Origin: a virus
Lineage: Duplodnaviria > Caudoviricetes
IMG/VR virus record: IMGVR_UViG_3300027963_000094
Location: 1 to 54,978 of that record
Strand: one strand, 5' to 3'
Length of the DNA stretch: 54,978 nucleotides
A program made the translations under genes and the position numbers. Shown here in pieces: positions 47,401 through 54,978 of the stretch (position 1 is its first letter; each line of letters opens with the position of its first letter). The notes under the pieces are model-generated. The model saw only the letters and a list, made by a program, of their open reading frames with translations, had not been told where the DNA came from and did no database searches.

Positions 47401-48032
47401 GAATCCACCGCAATGGCTTGACGATCTGCAATGCGAAGCTTATCTTCAGCCATCAGTGTTTGCATGATCAAATCATAATTTTGCTGCCACATTGGCATAC
47501 GCTCGTCATTCTTCAGGAATGGCATCGCTTGCATCAGTGACCCGTACAGCAACGCCTGAGGAGCGTATATGGTAAACCAATTAGTTTGATTCGATGAATC
47601 CAGAGGTTGTACTCGTTCATAATATAACACCTCAAACGCGTAGTTAGCGTTTGGCGTTGGCGCTATCAACCAGTTGGAGTAATCATAGTCGCAGTAGTAC
47701 AAAGGCACATCAGTGGCTGTTGAATCCGGCCAGTAATTGCGAAGGTACTCGTATTTACGAAGCAGTACGGGCTGACGATCACCACTTACCGTCACGTTCA
47801 TGGAAACAGTCTTATGCCAACGAGCGGGCTTGGCAATAACGCCATTGCCTGATACCATTGTGCTTGTATTGACCGTTAAGTTGCCAAGGAACTTAATCTG
47901 GCTAGCAATGATCTGCTCAGCCAACATAATGAAAAGCGGAATCTTATTAAGCGTAGCAGTGTCCGTACGCTCTAAATAAGACTCAATATTTTCCACCAAA
48001 GTGGTGTATGTCATTACTGCAGCAGTTGCCAT
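47397..48032 (-). CDS. Tail adaptor (tail tubular protein A-like)
   Basis: MTYTTLVENIESYLER...IPLFIMLAE...IAPTPNANY...ALLYGSL..AMPFLKND pattern. Confidence 0.7.
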   Translation of the reverse strand: MATAAVMTYTTLVENIESYLERTDTATLNKIPLFIMLAEQIIASQIKFLGNLTVNTSTMVSGNGVIAKPARWHKTVSMNVTVSGDRQPVLLRKYEYLRNYWPDSTATDVPLYYCDYDYSNWLIAPTPNANYAFEVLYYERVQPLDSSNQTNWFTIYAPQALLYGSLMQAMPFLKNDERMPMWQQNYDLIMQTLMAEDKLRIADRQAIAVDS

Positions 48033-48034
48033 AC

Positions 48035-48205
48035 TTACTTGCCCCGTTTCCTAGCCATAGCCATATTATCAACTAAATTAGGGTAAGGTCTACCTGCTGC
48101 TTTAGCTCTTGCTTTTGCTGCCGACTTTTTCTGCGGCGAAAGAGGCTTAGGTTTACCTAATGATTTTGGCCGTGGTTTTTCCCAAACAGGCTTACTTGAT
48201 GCCAT
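48035..48205 (-). CDS. Small basic protein (56 aa)
   Basis: TAAGGAG RBS; MASSKPVWEKPRPKSLGKPKPLSPQKKSAAKARAKAAGRPYPNLVDNMAMARKRGK; below the ORF-track cutoff. Confidence 0.75.
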   Translation of the reverse strand: MASSKPVWEKPRPKSLGKPKPLSPQKKSAAKARAKAAGRPYPNLVDNMAMARKRGK

Positions 48206-48241
48206 TTTAAACACTCCTTAAAAATAAAGATATAATATTTT

Positions 48242-48685
48242 TCACGTGAGCAAAGCGCACTCAGCAGTACGCCGTTTAAGCAAGCCCGGCAATACCTTGC
48301 CGCCACCTTTAGTCCAGAGCATCAGTTGTTCTTTTGCCCCTTCCCAATCTTGTGCATTGATCTTACGCTTTAACGTAGATGTTTGCAAGCGTCCAGTGCC
48401 CAAATTGTAGGCAAAGTCCACAATGGCATTGCACTTACGCTCATCAGTTATCAAGCCGGGGCAGTTACGTAGAACACCGGGTAGGTACGTGTGCTCAAGC
48501 TCAATCATTAAAAGAGCACGTGCCGTGGATTCATCCATCGGAGCATCTTCCAAGGTTACCTTGCGTTTATCTGCATAGTAGGTAGAACCATAGCCAATCG
48601 TGGCTACACCAGCCGGACAAAGGTAAGGCTTGGCCCGATACCCCTCGTACCGGCGGCACAGTTCAGCGGCTAGTTCTAGATTCAT
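48242..48685 (-). CDS. Endolysin (GH24 phage lysozyme)
   Basis: RRYEG...PYLCPAGVATIGYG, FAYNLG and LPGLLKRRTAE motifs; ATG at 48685. Confidence 0.9.
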   Translation of the reverse strand: MNLELAAELCRRYEGYRAKPYLCPAGVATIGYGSTYYADKRKVTLEDAPMDESTARALLMIELEHTYLPGVLRNCPGLITDERKCNAIVDFAYNLGTGRLQTSTLKRKINAQDWEGAKEQLMLWTKGGGKVLPGLLKRRTAECALLT

Positions 48686-49176
48686 ATGCCACGCTGTTTC
48701 AGAGTACGGTCGAGGAACCAATAGTTAATTGTCCCAGACAGCAGGGCTGAGAAGTCAGGTGTCATCATGGTTTTAAACACTTCTACAGCTGGTGCACCAC
48801 CAAGCCATGCGTTCCATGCAAACCATACGTGGATAAACGACCAGACAAACAGCACCCAGTAAGTCACGACTGGACGTACAGAAGCTGACAGGCTAGCTAC
48901 CCAACCGCCTGCGGCTTTAACCATCTCGGCCTGCTGGGTGATGGCGTTATTAAAAGCATCCATAACCCCAACGTCCATGGCTGCTTCACGTTGCGCGCCA
49001 ATCTCAGCCAGCTTTTGCTGACCACGAAGTGTTTCAAGCTCGCACTGTCGTGCAAACATATTCAGCTCGTGCTGTCGCTCGTTCTTCTTGTCAAAGAACT
49101 TTAGCACCTCGGGTGCCATACGAAAGATGCCACCAAAGATGGAGCCTAGCAAACCACCGGAAAGAATGTCTAACAT
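48682..49176 (-). CDS. Putative holin (3TM / GTA-holin-like)
   Basis: N-terminal amphipathic helix, SASVRPVVTY, two hydrophobic segments, YWFLDRTL; adjacent to the lysozyme. Confidence 0.7.
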   Translation of the reverse strand: MLDILSGGLLGSIFGGIFRMAPEVLKFFDKKNERQHELNMFARQCELETLRGQQKLAEIGAQREAAMDVGVMDAFNNAITQQAEMVKAAGGWVASLSASVRPVVTYWVLFVWSFIHVWFAWNAWLGGAPAVEVFKTMMTPDFSALLSGTINYWFLDRTLKQRGI

Positions 49177-49451
49177 TTGTGATCCTTTTTATCTTCATTT
49201 TGCATTAGTTTGATACCACTCAGGAACCCAATCATGCCGCCGATAAGTGTAGAAAAAGCGGGTGAAATCATTTTGAATATCTCTGCGTTGTCCACTTCTT
49301 TGGCCCAAAGGCCAAGCATAAAGCTGAAGACCATAGCCAAAACAGAGATGCACAGGGTGAAGCTGACCATTAACGTGACCCACAGGGTCAGCTTGTCTTT
49401 GGTGTCCATCGACACTTTCTTCACTGGTCTGGGTATCGGCTTTCTGGTCAT
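49170..49451 (-). CDS. Two-TM membrane protein (lysis region)
   Basis: Two hydrophobic helices; ISPAFSTLIGGMIGFLSG. Confidence 0.7.
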   Translation of the reverse strand: MTRKPIPRPVKKVSMDTKDKLTLWVTLMVSFTLCISVLAMVFSFMLGLWAKEVDNAEIFKMISPAFSTLIGGMIGFLSGIKLMQNEDKKDHKC

Positions 49452-49687
49452 ACATAAATATCCAGCTTACGGTTGGTAAAAATCTCAAGGCTAAGTTGGT
49501 TGCGTTCTGCCTTCTTTACGTACAACTCAAACTCAAGATCATCAATTTTATCCTTCACCTTCTTCATCTTTAAAGCTTGCGCGTATTCTTCTTGCATACG
49601 TTCAGCCCTACGTTCAAGCGCATCTGTTTTAGTTGGCTCGCCTCCCGGTTGTACCATAGGATACCACTTGTGAATTGGCGGAATCAT
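49448..49687 (-). CDS. Hypothetical coiled-coil protein
   Basis: 79 aa; translationally coupled at both ends. Confidence 0.65.
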   Translation of the reverse strand: MIPPIHKWYPMVQPGGEPTKTDALERRAERMQEEYAQALKMKKVKDKIDDLEFELYVKKAERNQLSLEIFTNRKLDIYV

Positions 49688-49971
49688 TTCTTTTCACGCT
49701 CAAGTGCATCTTTATACCCATGTACAACCTTGTTTCTAAGCCATGTGGAGTCGGCTGTGCCCGCCCACTCTGACAGATTGTTCCAGATAACTACATATTC
49801 TGTTGATTTGCAGTAGGGCGCATTCTTGTCGAGCCACGCCATCATTTCTCTGTGCCGTATGGTCGGGTCGTGAATTGTATAGCCTATGCCGTAAAACTCT
49901 CGTACATGACAGCCATTCTTGGCAACAGCCCCCACTAGGGCTAACAACATTAACAATATAAGCCAGCGCAT
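49684..49971 (-). CDS. Hypothetical protein with N-terminal signal/TM segment
   Basis: MRWLILLMLLALVGAVAKNGC...; 95 aa. Confidence 0.65.
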   Translation of the reverse strand: MRWLILLMLLALVGAVAKNGCHVREFYGIGYTIHDPTIRHREMMAWLDKNAPYCKSTEYVVIWNNLSEWAGTADSTWLRNKVVHGYKDALEREKK

Positions 49972-50067
49972 TCACCATATTCCTACCCATACAATCATAC
50001 AAGTACAGAAAATAATGGTGACTGCTATAAGGGCGGCGACTGTTAAAGCCTCCGCCCAGTCCCACAT
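49972..50067 (-). CDS. Small membrane peptide (31 aa)
   Basis: MWDWAEALTVAALIAVTIIFCTCMIVWVGIW; exactly fills the gap between its neighbours. Confidence 0.55.
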   Translation of the reverse strand: MWDWAEALTVAALIAVTIIFCTCMIVWVGIW

Positions 50068-50312
50068 TACTGCACCGATACGTCAGTTACGTCAGTCACG
50101 GCCTCTTCAGGCTTGGTTTCTAACGCATCCTTCAGCATTCTGAAGAAGGCATCTCTGCCCACCTGAAGCTGATCCACATTGAATCGTGCTGAGTCCAACT
50201 TACGATCCAAGTCGGCAACATGGTTGAGCAACATCTGCTGTTGCTGACTCATGTCTTCAAACTTGTAATCTACGCCGTCAATCGTCACAGGGGTTTTTTC
50301 GTTTTTTCCCAT
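50067..50312 (-). CDS. Hypothetical tail-fibre-associated protein
   Basis: 81 aa; VTIDGVDYKFEDMS followed by a coiled coil; AAAGGA RBS. Confidence 0.75.
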   Translation of the reverse strand: MGKNEKTPVTIDGVDYKFEDMSQQQQMLLNHVADLDRKLDSARFNVDQLQVGRDAFFRMLKDALETKPEEAVTDVTDVSVQ

Positions 50313-50357
50313 GATGTTTCCTTTAATGTGCCACCAAGATTGGGTGGTGGCTTCCCG

Positions 50358-50576
50358 TTATGCTGATGCTGTACGCAGGGGTGTTAAATCTTCTGTTGTC
50401 CAGAATTCCTTGGCAAGCATGATTTTCAAATGTTCTTTGTTGCGTGAAAGGCAATCAGCCCATTCGTCAGCAGTCATACCTTCGGGCTTGACGCCGTTGA
50501 TAAGATTCACCGAGTCCATTGCGGCGCTGTAGTGCTGTGCGATTTCTTCTGTTGTGGGTTTAGTATCAATAGTCAT
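50358..50576 (-). CDS. Putative tail-fibre assembly chaperone
   Basis: 72 aa directly after the fibre gene; HYSAAMDSV.LIN...RNKEHLKIM...WTTEDL. Confidence 0.65.
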   Translation of the reverse strand: MTIDTKPTTEEIAQHYSAAMDSVNLINGVKPEGMTADEWADCLSRNKEHLKIMLAKEFWTTEDLTPLRTASA

Positions 50577-50591
50577 AATTTACCTTTCAGT

Positions 50592-53500
50592 TTAAAGATT
50601 AGCGGCATCTAAACGCGCCTTGAGAGAATCGTTTTGTGCTTTCAGTTCTTTGACAGCGTTAATTAAGTACCAAGTTAGGTTGTCGGTATCGACAGATAGG
50701 ACACCAGTTGATTCTTGTTTTACGCAATCAGGTAGAACAGCTTGTAATTCTTGAGCAATTACACCTAACTGAACACCTGATTTATGGATTGCGTCACTAG
50801 AACTTAGTTCTGTAATTTCTTCAGGCAAACGATATTCAAAGTTACGAACTTGAAGTTGCGTAAGTTTTTCCAAACCAACATTATTGTTGACGATGTTCTT
50901 CTTTAATCGTTGGTCAGAAGTTGTTGCCCAAGACGATGAGTTGTTGCCCTGATAAACACCACCACTATTAGGATTGATAAAACCTGTGCTGTTGCCTTTA
51001 CCTAATGAGGGAGTAGTTGTGCCAATAACAATTTGATTGTTGCCACTAGATGCGCTTGGGCATGGCCTATTACCAATTAAAATGTTTTCATAGCCTGTGG
51101 TCAGACTAAAGGCTTCATCACCTGCGCCATAACCAATCAGCACATTTTTATATCCAGTAGTTACTGTACCCCCTGCTTGAGTTCCAATAGCTGTATTGTA
51201 CGCAGTACTGTCTGAGGTTCTATTAGAACTAGCAAGAGCAGCCCAACCCACCGCTGTATTACCATTTGCCGTAGTGTTAGAGCGAATTGCGGCATTACCT
51301 ATTGCGGTGTTATAAGAGCCAGTTGAGTTGTTTGCAAGTGCTGCATATCCAGTAGAACTATCTTCACTACCCATAGCCACGTTGTCTGTGCCAGTGGTAT
51401 TGCCCCCTAATGCGCCAGTACCAAACGCATTGTTGTTTGCGCCAGTTGTATTGTTTTGCAATGCGTAAGCACCAACAGCAGTAACCCTATTTGCGGTGTT
51501 CAAACGCATGGTCTTGGCGCCAATGGCAGTACATCCAAGCGTTGTTAATAAAGAGGCAAGAGCCGAGCCACCAATTGCTACGTTATCATAACCAGTTGTG
51601 ACAGAAGCGCCTGCACCATTACCAATAAACACAGAACCCCAACTATCACCGCCTGTGTATGCAAAACCCGCATTTTGACCAATTGCCGTGATTGGGCCAC
51701 CAGTCTGATTTGAATATGCGGCACGATAGCCTAACGCAGTATTGTTTGAGCCTGTGGTGTTGGAACGAAGTGTTTGATAACCATAACCAGTATTGTTACC
51801 GCCAGTTGTGTTTGAAAGAAGCGACTCCACACCAAAGGCGCAATTCAAAGCCCCAGTTGTGTTAGCCCTTAGTGCGTTATAGCCAAACGCGCTGTTTTCA
51901 CCAGCCGTTGTATTTGAATAAAGTGCGCCGTACCCAACGGCAGTATTAACAGTGCCTGTGGTGTTGCTGTACATCGCCTGATAACCTACAGCAGTGTTGT
52001 TAGATGCTGTGTTTAGATAAAGTGCTCGGTCTCCAAGGGCTGTGTTGTAGCTACCTGCGGTATTTGCCCGAAGTGCGTTTGAGCCAATAGAAGTGTTATC
52101 AACTCCAGTTAAATTTTCAAACTGAGAAAAACTACCTACAGCAGTATTATCTGAGCCTGTAGTTTTTTGCAACGACGAATAACCAAATGTCGTATTAGCA
52201 CTTCCAGTAGTAACAGCGTTTAACGCGCCATACCCAAATCCAGAATTATTTGTTCCAGTGGTAATTGCCGCACCAGCATAAGGGCCAAAAATTGAGTTTC
52301 CGCTACCAGTAGTGATTGCGCCTAAAGCCCCGTTAGAGCCAACCACAGTATTTGAACTAACAGCACTTGCACCGCGACCAATTCTCACACTGGTTGCATA
52401 AGTATCATTAGCGAGAGTAACTGTAGTTCCATCAAATGTAAAATTGGCAGAACCAGCAAATGCTCCAGCGTTGTTGTACTGAACTTGCGTAGTTGAACCG
52501 CCGGGCGTTCCACCACCACTTACTGTTGTCCATGTTGGAGCCGCCGCAGAACCGCCAGAGGTCAGCACCTGACCGTTTGTGCCGTAGTTAGCACCGTTTA
52601 GTCCGTATGCACCAGAAGTGTTAATTGCTAGTCGTGGGTTGCCATCACCATCAGACAGCACGATGTAGTTGCTGGCAGTGCGAATGTCTAGGCCACCTAA
52701 GTTTCCTGAGTAGCCACCGATGATGACATTTTTAGAACCTGTGGTCATTACCTCGCCCGCACTGGTAGTGCCTGACCCAATAAATGTATTAGATGCACCT
52801 GTTGTCAGTACATTACCAGCCGCATAACCAAGCATTGTGTTAAAAGAGCCAGTTGAAACAGCATTACCTGCGCTTTTACCAACAAATGTATTTGCGGCAC
52901 CTGTTGCTAAATATCCTGCTTGGTAGCCAACAAATGTCTGTGAACTTGATGTCGTATTTGTATATCCCGCCTGATAACCTACCGCAGTATTGTTGCTGGC
53001 TGTGGTGTTGGAAAACAAGGCTGAATTGCCAAGTGCTGTGTTACCTGCACCAGTAGTGTTGTTGTACAAGACTGCATTACCAACGCCAGTATTAGCACCG
53101 CCTGTTGTTACTACCCTGAGAGCGCCATTTCCTAAAGCGGCATTTTCAGCACCACTCGTATTTGCCGCCAAAGCATTAGCACCCACCGCAGTATTGCTAG
53201 ATACAGCACCCGTACCACGACCAACAGTTAGACCATAAACAGTCAGGTCAGTACCAGAGTACAACAAGTTAGCAGAGTCAGTTAGCAAGCCACCAGTTGA
53301 TGCGTAAGGAACGCGACCAGAGGTCAGGCTAGAGAGCGTAATGGAGCCAGACGAAGTCAGGCCAGTCAAGCCAGTCAAAATGCCAGCATCGCTCAAGATG
53401 CCAACAGAGTTCTGAATTAGTTTACCTGTGGTGAGGTCAAAACGTGCCAGAGCATTGTCAGTGGCAGAGGCTGGGCCAACCACATCGCCAGAAGCGCCTG

Positions 53501-53666
53501 CGGCTGAAGCCAGCAACGTCACAACACCAGAATTGTTTTCGTAATAAAGTTTGCCGTCAACAATGTTGATTGCTAATTCACCTTGCGCAAGATTTGCCGC
53601 CAGAGGCACAGCCGCCGCAGTGGTGCTGTAGTAGAGAGATATTGGGGTGTAGCCTGCTTGAGACAT
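50592..53666 (-). CDS. Tail fibre / receptor-binding protein with Mtd-like N-terminus, beta-helical NTAVG repeats and C-terminal S74 intramolecular chaperone
   Basis: LAQGELAINIVDGKLYY; many 14-aa NTAVGYxALxSNTTG repeats; SDQRLKKNI...GVIAQEL...LINAVKEL. Confidence 0.9.
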   Translation of the reverse strand: MSQAGYTPISLYYSTTAAAVPLAANLAQGELAINIVDGKLYYENNSGVVTLLASAAGASGDVVGPASATDNALARFDLTTGKLIQNSVGILSDAGILTGLTGLTSSGSITLSSLTSGRVPYASTGGLLTDSANLLYSGTDLTVYGLTVGRGTGAVSSNTAVGANALAANTSGAENAALGNGALRVVTTGGANTGVGNAVLYNNTTGAGNTALGNSALFSNTTASNNTAVGYQAGYTNTTSSSQTFVGYQAGYLATGAANTFVGKSAGNAVSTGSFNTMLGYAAGNVLTTGASNTFIGSGTTSAGEVMTTGSKNVIIGGYSGNLGGLDIRTASNYIVLSDGDGNPRLAINTSGAYGLNGANYGTNGQVLTSGGSAAAPTWTTVSGGGTPGGSTTQVQYNNAGAFAGSANFTFDGTTVTLANDTYATSVRIGRGASAVSSNTVVGSNGALGAITTGSGNSIFGPYAGAAITTGTNNSGFGYGALNAVTTGSANTTFGYSSLQKTTGSDNTAVGSFSQFENLTGVDNTSIGSNALRANTAGSYNTALGDRALYLNTASNNTAVGYQAMYSNTTGTVNTAVGYGALYSNTTAGENSAFGYNALRANTTGALNCAFGVESLLSNTTGGNNTGYGYQTLRSNTTGSNNTALGYRAAYSNQTGGPITAIGQNAGFAYTGGDSWGSVFIGNGAGASVTTGYDNVAIGGSALASLLTTLGCTAIGAKTMRLNTANRVTAVGAYALQNNTTGANNNAFGTGALGGNTTGTDNVAMGSEDSSTGYAALANNSTGSYNTAIGNAAIRSNTTANGNTAVGWAALASSNRTSDSTAYNTAIGTQAGGTVTTGYKNVLIGYGAGDEAFSLTTGYENILIGNRPCPSASSGNNQIVIGTTTPSLGKGNSTGFINPNSGGVYQGNNSSSWATTSDQRLKKNIVNNNVGLEKLTQLQVRNFEYRLPEEITELSSSDAIHKSGVQLGVIAQELQAVLPDCVKQESTGVLSVDTDNLTWYLINAVKELKAQNDSLKARLDAANL

Positions 53667-54978
53667 TAAAAAGTTCCTCCGAAGATGCCAGTTGTTGCGG
53701 TTACTGTTGTTGCGGCTACAGTAGTAAATGCGCCTGTCGTAGGCGTTGTAGCACCAACAGTACCGTTAATGTTGATCGATGCAGTACCTGTTAGGTTTGT
53801 AACTGTACCACTGCTAGGTGTTCCTAAAACTCCACCGTTGACCAAAACAGAACCAGCAGAGCCAACAGCAACACCTAAAGCCGTTGCAACGCCAGTTCCA
53901 AGGCCAGATACTCCAGTGCTAATTGGCAATCCCGTAGCATTTGTTAACGTTCCTGAGCTTGGTGTACCCAATGCACCATTGAACGTCACAAAGGCGCCAG
54001 CAGAGCCTACGTTGACCGCCAAGGCAGTCGCCACACCTGTACCCAGTCCAGTAATGCTTCCGACCGCTGGAGTGACCGTGATGTTGCTTGCTAGGGTCAA
54101 CTGACCTTGAGCATTGACCGTGAACGTACCCACCTGTGTGGCAGAGCCATATGAAGCCGCCGTTACAGCCGTATTGGTGATGCTGAACTGCGTCCCCGTA
54201 AGAGTCAATCCCGTACCTGCGGTGTATGAGCCTACACCCGCAAACTGAACCCAAGTGATAGGGGTTGTGCCTAAAGTACCGCCAGCGTTGGAAGTACATA
54301 CCCAACCTGTGTCAGCCCAAGTGGTTCCTTGTTCGATGAAGGTGAACGCCCCCGGCACCTCCGCCCATGTGTCCATATCCGTTGCACGAGTCCATGCACC
54401 CGCCGCAACCAAATAAATTCCATTGTTCTGACTCAGTGTCTGGTCTTTAACCAAGCACCTATCTCCCGCAATCAACGCCACACCATCAATCGTCTGCGTT
54501 CCAGACAATGTAATGTTTGTCGTCGTTGCCGCCACGCAAGATGCCTTGGGGTCTAACCCTTGAGCCACAGAATCTACATACTGCTTAGTTGCTAATTCAA
54601 GCGCAGACGTTGGGTCTTGCGTCACGGCAACAGAAGTCAATCCGCCCAAGGTAAGACTTGATGCACCCAAAGCAATTGCCGTAGTACCAACAGTTACCGA
54701 TGAGTTGGTTAGGCTTGCGTTGGCAATGTTTGTCAGGGTATTGTTTGAGCCACTGATCGTCTTGTTGGTCAGCGTCTGAGTACCAGTTAGCGTAGCAACA
54801 GTTGAGTCAATGCCAATAGTGACAGCAGAAGAACCGTTGTAGGAAGTTCCAATAAGTCCAGTGCCAATGGTCAAAGCATTTGTGGCTGTGGCAGTAACTG
54901 TAATTGACCCACCTAAACTTACAGGCGACCCGTTGATTGTGACTGCGCTATTTGTTAATGACGCATTTGCAATGTTAG
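53666..54978 (-). CDS. Tail fibre / structural protein, C-terminal part (continuation of 3-1283)
   Basis: Open frame to the right edge; ATKQYVDSVAQGLDPKASC...TIDGV...DRCLVKDQT...QNNGIY domain; ends TTGIFGGTF. Confidence 0.85.
   Translation of the reverse strand, partial: NIANASLTNSAVTINGSPVSLGGSITVTATATNALTIGTGLIGTSYNGSSAVTIGIDSTVATLTGTQTLTNKTISGSNNTLTNIANASLTNSSVTVGTTAIALGASSLTLGGLTSVAVTQDPTSALELATKQYVDSVAQGLDPKASCVAATTTNITLSGTQTIDGVALIAGDRCLVKDQTLSQNNGIYLVAAGAWTRATDMDTWAEVPGAFTFIEQGTTWADTGWVCTSNAGGTLGTTPITWVQFAGVGSYTAGTGLTLTGTQFSITNTAVTAASYGSATQVGTFTVNAQGQLTLASNITVTPAVGSITGLGTGVATALAVNVGSAGAFVTFNGALGTPSSGTLTNATGLPISTGVSGLGTGVATALGVAVGSAGSVLVNGGVLGTPSSGTVTNLTGTASININGTVGATTPTTGAFTTVAATTVTATTGIFGGTF
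54825..54978. repeat. Terminal direct repeat (right copy)
   Basis: Matches 1-154 with a single mismatch. Confidence 0.95.

Noticed and set aside
50592-53666. Diversity-generating retroelement, suggested by the Mtd-like N-terminus
   Set aside because: No reverse transcriptase ORF and no TR/VR pair differing at adenines was seen; the fibre ends in an S74 chaperone, not a C-type lectin variable region.
1-54978. Stop-codon reassignment or intron/intein-split genes
   Set aside because: Core genes (terL, portal, MCP, polA, helicase) are intact and of normal length in the standard code, and coding density is high.
1-54978. Integrase/repressor lysogeny module, tRNA genes
   Set aside because: No recombinase or CI-like motifs and no cloverleaf recognised by eye; tRNAscan-SE and HMM searches would be needed to exclude them formally.

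Overview
This looks like a near-complete, probably circularly permuted genome of about 54.8 kb from a tailed dsDNA phage with a podovirus-like layout. The two ends share a 154-bp overlap (1 mismatch) inside a repetitive tail-fibre gene. The minus strand carries virion, packaging and lysis genes (1-19183 and 34618-54978): TerS/TerL, portal, GroES, scaffold, major capsid protein, tail tube proteins, two giant putative internal-virion proteins, tail fibres, endolysin and holin, plus a TOPRIM/SF3 primase-helicase. The plus strand (21938-34664) carries early and replication genes: DUF932, DenV-like glycosylase, NTP pyrophosphatase, family A DNA polymerase, PD-(D/E)XK nuclease, VRR-NUC and SNF2 helicase. 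Five things stand out. (1) A cytosine-hypermodification cassette with its own promoter-like element: a thymidylate-synthase-fold enzyme with the dCMP-specifying Asp, a dNMP kinase fused to a degenerate UDG-like domain, and a putative DNA glycosyltransferase. (2) A recurring (Y/F/M/L/K)-(A/K/Q)-x-G-G peptide motif shared by five unrelated virion-region proteins, which brackets a toxin-like domain. (3) An iteron-type origin downstream of the primase-helicase. (4) A candidate antisense RNA over the primase start codon. (5) A loop-E-type RNA hairpin in front of the polymerase. I saw no integrase, tRNA, CRISPR array or reverse transcriptase. All family assignments come from motif recognition by eye, not database searches.
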